DNA from: Bacteroidales bacterium
Lineage (GTDB): Bacteria > Bacteroidota > Bacteroidia > Bacteroidales > VadinHA17
Direction of reading: 5' to 3'
DNA length: 64,000 nt
Assembly: GCA_034002785.1 (NCBI GenBank)
Contig: JAVEZX010000002.1
Location: forward strand, 1,526-65,525
The notes beneath the pieces were generated by a model that saw only the letters and a program-made list of their open reading frames with translations, had not been told where the DNA came from and did not search any database. The translations under genes were made by a program, and so were the position numbers. This document shows positions 29,663-36,364 of the stretch, one piece after another. The stretch's first letter is position 1. Every line of letters starts with the position of its first letter.

Positions 29663-31402
29663 ATGAAAATAAAGAGACTGTTTTTGATCACTGGCGCAGT
29701 AATGATGCTTGCATGCGCAGGTTGCGGCAGCAAGACGCTGATAACGGCCAGGCTTGCAGCCCCCGCTGATACTGATATCATCCTGGTGAACCAGACCGGA
29801 TATCTTCCCGGAGCCGAAAAGGTGGCCCTTCTGAGGACAGACACTGACATTTTCGAGTTGATCGATGCTGTCACCGGGAAAAATGTATTCGGCGCTGAAC
29901 CCGGCGCACCGGTTTTCTGGGAGATGTCGGGCGACACAGTCCGTGCAGCTGATTTTTCAGCTTTTACAACACCCGGCACCTACAGGGTCTGCCTGACAGG
30001 AACCGATATCTGCTCCGCACCCTTCCGCATCGGGGAGGACGTCTACGGCGAGATCACTGCAGCGGCAGTACGCTCTTATTATCTAAACCGCTCCGGCATT
30101 GAGATAACGGAAGTCCATGGCGGTAAATGGGCGCGCCCGGCAGGCCACCCTGATACGGCAGTGATAGTGCATTCCTCAGCCGCCTCAGCCAGACGGCCGG
30201 CAGGTACTGTGATCTCCAGCCCTGGCGGATGGTATGATGCAGGCGACTACAACAAGTACATAGTCAACAGCAGCATCACCAATTATACCCTGCTTCTGTT
30301 CTACCAGATGTTCCCGGAGTATTGCCGGTCGCTTGACCTTAACATCCCTGAAAGCGGTAATGATATTCCTGACCTGGTTGATGAGCTGCTCTGGAACCTG
30401 AGATGGTACCTGACAATGCAGGACCCGGCTGACGGTGGGGTGTACCACAAGCTGACGAACCTGTACTTCTGCGGGTTTGTGATGCCTCTTGAGGCCACCG
30501 ATCCGAGATATGTGGTGATGAAGAGCACCGCCGCCACCCTTGACTTTGCTGCCTTCACTGCCATGGCACACCGCATATTTGCCAGTGACCCGTCAGAGGA
30601 GCTCAGGGCACTGGCCGCCACCTGTCTTGAGGCATCCGGCAAAGCGATGAAATGGGCTGAGGCTCATCCCGATGTGATTTACAAACAGCCTGCGGATGTG
30701 AGCACCGGCGCCTACGGCGATGACAACCTCTCCGACGAGCTCTTCTGGGCTATGGCAGAGAGGGCGCTGGCCACGGGAACTGTTCCGGGGCCGGGCTTCC
30801 TCGACGGTGTGGCAGCAGTAACCCCGACGTGGAACCAGTCGGCAACGCTGGGTCTCATCTCCCTTGCACTCAGCAGTGATGAAGCATTTGCTACAATTCG
30901 CGATGAAGCTGCCGGGATGCTTGTTTCGTATGCTGACGCCCTGCTTGAGAAATCCGGGATGTGCCCCTACCGCATCAGCCTCGACAGGTTTGACTGGGGC
31001 AGCACCTCAGATGTTGCCAACCAGGCCATGATCAAGATCGTTGCAATGAAACTATCGGGCAGCGACAGGTTCCTGCCATCCGTTCAGGCCGACCTGAACT
31101 GGCTGCTTGGAACGAATCCTACAGGGTACTGCTTCGTCACAGGGTTCGGGACCCTTACACCGATGTTTATCCATCACCGTCCATCAGGCGCTGACGGCGT
31201 ACCTGAGCCGGTGCCGGGGTTCCTTGTTGGCGGTCCGAACACAGTTGTAATGAATGACTGTCAACCGCCGGTTGAAAGGTCAACATTTCCTGCGAAGTCA
31301 TACTCTGATGTAGAGTGCAGCTACTCCACAAATGAGATCGCAATAAACTGGAACGCCCCGCTGGTGTTCCTGCTTGGCGCGATGGACAGCATGCGGCAAT
31401 AA
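29663..31402 (+). CDS. GH9 endo-beta-1,4-glucanase with N-terminal Ig-like (CelD_N-type) domain, lipoprotein
   Basis: Lipobox (LACAGC). GH9 motifs are present: GGWYDAGDYNKY, GGVYHKL, IHHRPSGADG, LVGGPN and YSTNEIAINWNAPLVF. Confidence 0.9.
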   Translation: MKIKRLFLITGAVMMLACAGCGSKTLITARLAAPADTDIILVNQTGYLPGAEKVALLRTDTDIFELIDAVTGKNVFGAEPGAPVFWEMSGDTVRAADFSAFTTPGTYRVCLTGTDICSAPFRIGEDVYGEITAAAVRSYYLNRSGIEITEVHGGKWARPAGHPDTAVIVHSSAASARRPAGTVISSPGGWYDAGDYNKYIVNSSITNYTLLLFYQMFPEYCRSLDLNIPESGNDIPDLVDELLWNLRWYLTMQDPADGGVYHKLTNLYFCGFVMPLEATDPRYVVMKSTAATLDFAAFTAMAHRIFASDPSEELRALAATCLEASGKAMKWAEAHPDVIYKQPADVSTGAYGDDNLSDELFWAMAERALATGTVPGPGFLDGVAAVTPTWNQSATLGLISLALSSDEAFATIRDEAAGMLVSYADALLEKSGMCPYRISLDRFDWGSTSDVANQAMIKIVAMKLSGSDRFLPSVQADLNWLLGTNPTGYCFVTGFGTLTPMFIHHRPSGADGVPEPVPGFLVGGPNTVVMNDCQPPVERSTFPAKSYSDVECSYSTNEIAINWNAPLVFLLGAMDSMRQ

Positions 31403-31496
31403 CCTCTGCCGGAGGAGGACATGCTGCCCAACATTTTCTGATTCCCTTCAGAACCGGATCCAAATGCATAACTTAGTGGATCAAAGGAATCATAAG

Positions 31497-32732
31497 ATGA
31501 GCACAAGAAGAACCTTTATCAAACAGGGCGGACTGACTGCAGGAGGTCTTGCAACGGCAACAGCACTGGGAGCAGCCGTGTTGCCGGCGGGGGCCAGTTA
31601 CTCCGGACCCGATGCAGCCGTGTTGCCGGCGGGCGGAAACATTTACCCCGGACCTGGTGCAGCCGATGGCATTAAGATCAGCAAGATGTTTGTTGAACCC
31701 CTCAGCATCGAGATGGATCCTTTCCCGATTGCACTGGGGGTGATGACACATCTTGACAATGCCTTTGTCAGGATCGTCCTCGAGAACGGGGTTGAAGGAT
31801 ATGGTGAGGCCGCTCCGATAATGACAATCAGCGGCGAGAATCAGCAGACAATTCTCGGAACTATAAACAGCTGCCGGGAATTCATTGTAGGTCAGGATAT
31901 AAACAACTACAGGGCAATCTCATACACGCTGAAAAGTGCATTCTGGGCACAAGCGACAGCCCGGTGCGCCATCGAGATGGCTCTGCTTGATGCATACACA
32001 AAAACCCTGAAGATCCCCTTCAGCCGTTTTCTTGGGGGAACGGAAACAAGGGTCGAGACCGATTACACAATCGCTATTGTGCCTGCCGACCAGGCGAAGA
32101 AGGAAGCTATCCATCTTGCAGCTGAAGGATACAGGGTGATAAAGACAAAGGTGGGTACCAGTCTGAAAGAGGATGTTGACAGGGTTCTGGCAATAAGGGA
32201 CGGCGCCCCTGACTGCGGAATACTCATTGATGCCAACCAGGGTTATTCGCCGAAAACGGCTCTCCGTTTCATCAATGAAGTGGTCGGTCATGGCATTTAC
32301 CCGGTGATGTTTGAGCAGCCTGTACACAAGAATGACCTTGCCGGGATGAAGTATGTACGTGACAATACCGAGATCCTCGTAGGTGCGGACGAGTCGGTCT
32401 TCACACGTGCTGATGCCATCAACATTGTACGGACCGGTTGTGCTGATGCAATCAACATCAAGCTGATGAAGTCATGCATAATTGAGGCGCTGGATATAGC
32501 CGCCATCGCACGCAGCGCCAACCTGAAGCTCATGATCGGCTGTATGGTTGAGACCAGCCTGGCGCTGGGGTGTGCGGTTCATTTTGCTGCCGGTGTGGGA
32601 GGGTTTGAATTCGTTGATCTCGACCCGTCGTTTGATATCTCGGAGTGTCCGGTCAGCGGCGGACCTGTTTACAAGGCCCCATTCTGGACCATTGGCCCGG
32701 AACCGGGGCTGGGGTTTGCATCCAGAAAATAG
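31497..32732 (+). CDS. Enolase-superfamily (MLE subgroup, dipeptide-epimerase-like) protein with a twin-arginine (Tat) signal peptide
   Basis: I chose the start at MSTRRTFIKQGGLTAGGLATATALGA (Tat motif S/T-R-R-x-F-[IL]-K) rather than the track's 31374, which overlaps the GH9 3' end. Catalytic scaffold: VIKTKVG (KxK), LIDANQGY, MFEQPV, LVGADES, INIKLMK and FVDLDPSF (DxD). Confidence 0.75.
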   Translation: MSTRRTFIKQGGLTAGGLATATALGAAVLPAGASYSGPDAAVLPAGGNIYPGPGAADGIKISKMFVEPLSIEMDPFPIALGVMTHLDNAFVRIVLENGVEGYGEAAPIMTISGENQQTILGTINSCREFIVGQDINNYRAISYTLKSAFWAQATARCAIEMALLDAYTKTLKIPFSRFLGGTETRVETDYTIAIVPADQAKKEAIHLAAEGYRVIKTKVGTSLKEDVDRVLAIRDGAPDCGILIDANQGYSPKTALRFINEVVGHGIYPVMFEQPVHKNDLAGMKYVRDNTEILVGADESVFTRADAINIVRTGCADAINIKLMKSCIIEALDIAAIARSANLKLMIGCMVETSLALGCAVHFAAGVGGFEFVDLDPSFDISECPVSGGPVYKAPFWTIGPEPGLGFASRK

Positions 32733-32746
32733 AGGGCCGACCGTAA

Positions 32747-32769
32747 GAAATTGCCCGGTGGGCAATTTC
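32747..32769. terminator. Perfect 9-bp stem hairpin downstream of the enolase-family gene (no U-run; weak terminator candidate)
   Basis: GAAATTGCC-cggtg-GGCAATTTC, starting 15 nt after the stop codon at 32730-32732. Confidence 0.3.
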
Positions 32770-32796
32770 AGGGAGGAGCCAGGTTGCAGGGGAGGC

Positions 32797-32852
32797 AGCA
32801 GTCGCCAGTCTTCTGTCAGCAGTCTAAAGTCGGCAGTCTCCAGTCGGCAGTC
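32797..32852. repeat. Four tandem copies of a 14-nt unit (consensus t..AGTCgGCAGTC)
   Basis: The units are agcagtcgccagtc, ttctgtcagcagtc, taaagtcggcagtc and tccagtcggcagtc. They are contiguous and lie in the convergent intergenic region. Confidence 0.7.
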
Positions 32853-32914
32853 ACAGCTGACCGCAAGATTGCAGAACTGCATAACGGAGCGTAGAGACTG
32901 CACCAAATCCAAAA

Positions 32915-32935
32915 TCGCAATTCGCAATTCGCAAA
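32915..32935. repeat. Three tandem copies of the heptamer TCGCAA(T/A)
   Basis: tcgcaat tcgcaat tcgcaaa, ending 3 nt before the stop codon (32939-32941) of the minus-strand regulator gene. Confidence 0.7.
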
Positions 32936-32938
32936 TCC

Positions 32939-33235
32939 TCAAGTCCCGGGTCTGAGATAATCCCCCAGCGCTGCCACATACTCCGCAAACTTCTGTCGCC
33001 CCAGCCCGGTGATTGCACACATCGTCTGAGGGTAACTCTCGCCGAAGCTCTTCTTCACCGTGATGTAACCCGCATCCTTAAGCTTGCCTATTTGAACACT
33101 GAGATTGCCCGCTGTCGCTTCGGTCTTCTCCTTCAGATAGCTGAAACCGGCGCTGTCAACACTGATGAGTACTGACATTATCGCCAGCCTGAGCTGCGAA
33201 TGCAGCAGCGGATCAAGCTCCCTGAACGGTGTCAT
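32939..33235 (-). CDS. Winged-helix transcriptional regulator (HTH_34-type)
   Basis: 98 aa. LDPLLHSQLRLAIMSVLISVDSAGFSYLKEKTEATAGNLSVQIGKLKDAGYITVKKSF...TGLGRQKFAEYVAAL matches the small wHTH family pattern. Its start overlaps the upstream membrane-protein gene by 23 nt. Confidence 0.8.
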   Translation of the reverse strand: MTPFRELDPLLHSQLRLAIMSVLISVDSAGFSYLKEKTEATAGNLSVQIGKLKDAGYITVKKSFGESYPQTMCAITGLGRQKFAEYVAALGDYLRPGT

Positions 33236-33809
33236 GGCTGCCCCTTTTTCTTAGAAGATAACCCGGAACAAGATACCCGATAACCATGGCCACCGGCATT
33301 GCCAGCCCCGAGACGGTCTCACCGCCGAAATGTGCCACCAGGGCAAGTAACCAGAAGGATCCGGCACCCCACATGAGGGGCCTGAAACTTAGCACAACCC
33401 CGGAGATTAACAGCGGCATGGCAGCTAACAGCAACATGTATTTGCTTATGCTGCCGGATTCCATCGGATAGACAATAAAGAATATTACCGATGAGACCAG
33501 AAACGCTATCCAGGTCCATAAATGAACTGCCGTCCCATAGGTAAAAACCTTCTCCCTCTTTCCTTTGACAAACCCGTAGATCAACGATACAAATACCCCC
33601 GGGATGACAAAGAGCCAGACATACCACACATTGGTCCAGTCTGTCAGCTTCCATAAAAGAAATTCTGACAGGCTGCAGGCAAAAATCAGCCACCCCCACA
33701 GGAGCAGATGAAAACTCGCCTGAGCGATACTCACCCTCGTCTTGTTAATCATTTCCGTGATGACCCTGAGGCTCTCCTCCCCTGTCATCAATTTTTCTTC
33801 ATTTTCCAT
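33213..33809 (-). CDS. Integral membrane protein of unknown function (about 5 TM segments), co-transcribed with the wHTH regulator
   Basis: 198 aa. An amphipathic N-terminus is followed by hydrophobic segments (FHLLLWGWLIFACSL, VWYVWLFVIPGVFVSLIYGF, LWTWIAFLVSSVIFFIV, MLLLAAMPLLISGVVL, FWLLALVAHF...). I recognise no family motif. Confidence 0.6.
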   Translation of the reverse strand: MENEEKLMTGEESLRVITEMINKTRVSIAQASFHLLLWGWLIFACSLSEFLLWKLTDWTNVWYVWLFVIPGVFVSLIYGFVKGKREKVFTYGTAVHLWTWIAFLVSSVIFFIVYPMESGSISKYMLLLAAMPLLISGVVLSFRPLMWGAGSFWLLALVAHFGGETVSGLAMPVAMVIGYLVPGYLLRKRGSHDTVQGA

Positions 33810-33971
33810 GGCTTTTGTTAATTTTACATTTACTATTCAAACAAACAATTTAATACAAATGTAAACTAGTTTATGTTATAAACCTAATTTAATTGAAGGT
33901 TTTTTCGCCATAAATGAGTAATACAATGTATCTGATTGTTTATCTGTAATTTAAAAGATTGATAAAAAGTC

Positions 33972-34322
33972 ATGGGAGTGATCAGGATTGAGGATATGGA
34001 GTTTTATGCCTTTCACGGGCATTACCGCGAGGAACAGATTGTCGGGAGCCACTTCATAGTGGACGTGACAATTGATACTGACACGGACAAAGCCGGGAAG
34101 AGTGACGAGTTGCATGACACGGTCAACTACCAGGCAGCCTACCTGATTGTAAAGCGGGAGATGGAAAAGACATCCAACCTGCTGGAGCATATTGCCACAC
34201 GTATAATGGACGCGCTTTACAATGAGATGGCCGGCATCCGCAAGGCCACCGTCAGGGTTGCGAAGCTCAATCCCGTCATGGGCGGCAGGATTGGCCGCGT
34301 AAGCGTGGAAGTCACAAGATAG
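33972..34322 (+). CDS. folB: Dihydroneopterin aldolase
   Basis: 116 aa. IRIEDMEFYAFHGHYREEQIVGSHFIVDVTIDTD...DELHDTVNYQAAY is the typical FolB pattern. Confidence 0.85.
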   Translation: MGVIRIEDMEFYAFHGHYREEQIVGSHFIVDVTIDTDTDKAGKSDELHDTVNYQAAYLIVKREMEKTSNLLEHIATRIMDALYNEMAGIRKATVRVAKLNPVMGGRIGRVSVEVTR

Positions 34323-34388
34323 GCCTTCCCCGGCTTCGGAATCAGGGCAAAAAAGTATCACATCTGCATTTCGTGCCTCATTTCCGTA

Positions 34389-34396
34389 TACTTTTG
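34389..34396 (+). promoter_or_regulatory. Candidate -7 promoter box TACTTTTG for glnS
   Basis: Matches TAnnTTTG, 22 nt upstream of the glnS ATG. Confidence 0.4.
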
Positions 34397-34418
34397 TACG
34401 GTCAATTTAACATATCAA

Positions 34419-36110
34419 ATGAAAGAGTCTGAAGAGATAAACAAACCCGAATCACAGCACTTTATTGAGCAGGCCATTGAGAAGGACCTTGCCGAGGGCA
34501 GGAACGGCGGACGCATACACACCCGCTTCCCGCCCGAACCGAACGGCTACCTCCATATAGGGCATGCCAAGGCCATCTGCCTCGATTTCGGCATGGCGGA
34601 GAAGTACGGCGGTAAGTGCAACCTGCGGTTTGATGACACCAATCCGACAAAGGAGGATGTAGAATACGTCGACTCGATCAAGGAGGACATTCAGTGGCTG
34701 GGATTCACCTGGGAGGAGAGGGAATTCTATGCTTCGGACTATTTCGGGAAGCTGTGGGAATTTGCCGTGTCACTCATAAAGCGTGGGCTGGCATATGTTG
34801 ATGACCAGAGCGCAGAGGCGATCTCCGGACAAAAGGGCACAACAACACAGCCCGGTACGGAGAGCCCTTACAGGAGCCGGAGTATTGAGGAGAACCTCGA
34901 TCTGTTTTACCGAATGAATGAAGGTGAATTCGAGGAGGGCAGCCGCGTGCTCAGAGCCCGCATTGACATGGCCTCCCCGAACATGCACATGCGTGACCCG
35001 ATCATCTACCGCATCCTTAATACTCCTCATCATCGTACCGGAACGAAGTGGAAGGTTTATCCCATGTACGACTTCGCCCACGGGCAGAGCGACTACTTCG
35101 AGGGGATAACCCACTCGCTCTGCACCCTTGAGTTTGAGGTGCACAGGCCTCTGTACGACTGGTTCATTGATCAGTTGAAGACAGACGATTACAGACCCCG
35201 CCAGATCGAATTCAACCGCCTGAATCTAACTTATACCGTGATGAGCAAGCGCAAACTGCTCGAGCTGGTTAAGGACAATGTAGTCAGCGGATGGGATGAT
35301 CCGCGTATGCCAACACTCTGCGGGTTGCGCAGGCGCGGTTATACTCCCGAATCGATCAGGCGTTTTGTAGATCTCATCGGCTATACAAAGGTCGAAGCCA
35401 TAAATGATGTCTCCCTCCTCGAATATGCAATCAGGGAAGATCTCAACAAGCGTGCTCCTCGTGTTTTCGGCGTGCTCAATCCGCTGAAGGTGATAATCAC
35501 CAACTATCCTGAGGGTGAAACCGAGAATATGGAGATACTCAACAATCCGGAGGATGAGACGCAGGGGAAACGCCTTGTACCATTCAGCAGGGAGATTTTT
35601 ATTGAAAAGGAGGACTTCATGGAGAATCCTCCTCACAAGTTCTTCCGGCTTGCACCCGGTCAGGAGGTACGTCTCAAGGGAGCATACATTATCAAATGTA
35701 ACGGTGTGAAGAAGAGTGATGTGGGTGAGATTGAGGAGGTGCATTGCACCATGGACCCGGCAACACGCAGCGGAGGTCCGGATTCGGACCGCAAGGTCAA
35801 GGGCACCCTTCACTGGGTATCGGCTGCACATGCGCTTGATGCAGAGGTAAGGCTGTATGACAGGCTCTTCAGCGATGAAGATCCCTCCGGTCACAAGGAT
35901 GTTGATGCCAGGGAGTTTCTTAATCCCGGTTCACTGTCTGTGCTCACCGGATGCAAGGTTGAACCATCACTGGCAGGATCCGGACCACTCACCAGGGTAC
36001 AGTTCCAGAGAATCGGTTATTTCTGTACCGATTATGACAGCCGTCCGGGGAAACTGGTGTTCAATCGTACGGTTGGATTGAAGGACAGCTGGGCTAAGCA
36101 GAACAAGTAG
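34419..36110 (+). CDS. glnS: Glutamine--tRNA ligase
   Basis: 563 aa. The class I HIGH region is [17 protein letters not shown] and the KMSKS variant is VMSKRKL. The GlnRS-type N-terminus is [14 protein letters not shown] and the C-terminal anticodon-binding region is present. Confidence 0.95.
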   Translation: MKESEEINKPESQHFIEQAIEKDLAEGRNGGRIHTRFPPEPNGYLHIGHAKAICLDFGMAEKYGGKCNLRFDDTNPTKEDVEYVDSIKEDIQWLGFTWEEREFYASDYFGKLWEFAVSLIKRGLAYVDDQSAEAISGQKGTTTQPGTESPYRSRSIEENLDLFYRMNEGEFEEGSRVLRARIDMASPNMHMRDPIIYRILNTPHHRTGTKWKVYPMYDFAHGQSDYFEGITHSLCTLEFEVHRPLYDWFIDQLKTDDYRPRQIEFNRLNLTYTVMSKRKLLELVKDNVVSGWDDPRMPTLCGLRRRGYTPESIRRFVDLIGYTKVEAINDVSLLEYAIREDLNKRAPRVFGVLNPLKVIITNYPEGETENMEILNNPEDETQGKRLVPFSREIFIEKEDFMENPPHKFFRLAPGQEVRLKGAYIIKCNGVKKSDVGEIEEVHCTMDPATRSGGPDSDRKVKGTLHWVSAAHALDAEVRLYDRLFSDEDPSGHKDVDAREFLNPGSLSVLTGCKVEPSLAGSGPLTRVQFQRIGYFCTDYDSRPGKLVFNRTVGLKDSWAKQNK

Positions 36111-36192
36111 CAGCCTCATTGGACCTTCAGACTTTCAATCCCGGCTGAAGGATTAAAAAAGTATAAGTTTCAATAATAAGTTGGAAATTTTA

Positions 36193-36200
36193 TATATTTG
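36193..36200 (+). promoter_or_regulatory. Candidate -7 promoter box TATATTTG for tRNA-Gln
   Basis: Matches TAnnTTTG and ends 14 nt before tRNA position 1. It is embedded in the 13-mer TATATTTGCAGCC, which recurs at 56795. Confidence 0.45.
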
Positions 36201-36214
36201 CAGCCTCAAATAAC

Positions 36215-36287
36215 TGTCCCGTGGTGTAATTGGCAACACGTCTGATTCTGGATCAGAAGAGTTCAGGTTCGAGACCTGACGGGACAA
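36215..36287 (+). tRNA. tRNA-Gln (anticodon CUG)
   Basis: Hand-folded cloverleaf. Acceptor TGTCCCG/CGGGACA (U1:A72). D stem GTGT/ACAC. Anticodon stem TCTGA/TCAGA with loop TTCTGGA (CTG at 36248-36250). Variable loop AGAGT. T arm TCAGG-TTCGAGA-CCTGA. Discriminator A. CCA is not encoded. Confidence 0.9.
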
Positions 36288-36288
36288 C

Positions 36289-36319
36289 AAAAGCCGGCCT
36301 GTGTGGCCGGCTTTTGTTT
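36289..36319 (+). terminator. Rho-independent terminator after tRNA-Gln
   Basis: A perfect 11-bp stem AAAAGCCGGCC-tgtgt-GGCCGGCTTTT, followed by GTTT. Confidence 0.8.
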
Positions 36320-36364
36320 AGGAGCAGATTTAAACTGAGATCATGCATCGGAGGGCAGGTTCCC

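Noticed and set aside
31374-31496. 41-codon N-terminal extension of the enolase-family ORF
   Set aside because: It overlaps the GH9 3' end and is Cys/Arg-rich nonsense. The Met at 31497 yields a canonical Tat signal.
32797-32852. Possible miniature CRISPR array
   Set aside because: The units are only 14 nt long and directly contiguous with no spacers. No cas genes occur anywhere in the window.
32472-33020. 182-aa minus-strand and 135-aa plus-strand (32548-32955) ORFs spanning the convergent intergenic region
   Set aside because: They overlap the 3' ends of two well-supported genes and run through the tandem micro-repeats. Their sequences are repeat-driven (SRQSSVSSLKSAVSSRQS...). I treated them as artefacts and reported the repeats themselves instead.
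36215-36287. tRNA-Gln as an integration site of a genomic island
   Set aside because: There is no integrase, no duplicated tRNA 3' end and no direct repeat nearby. The flanking genes (glnS, a YitT-family gene) are ordinary chromosomal genes.
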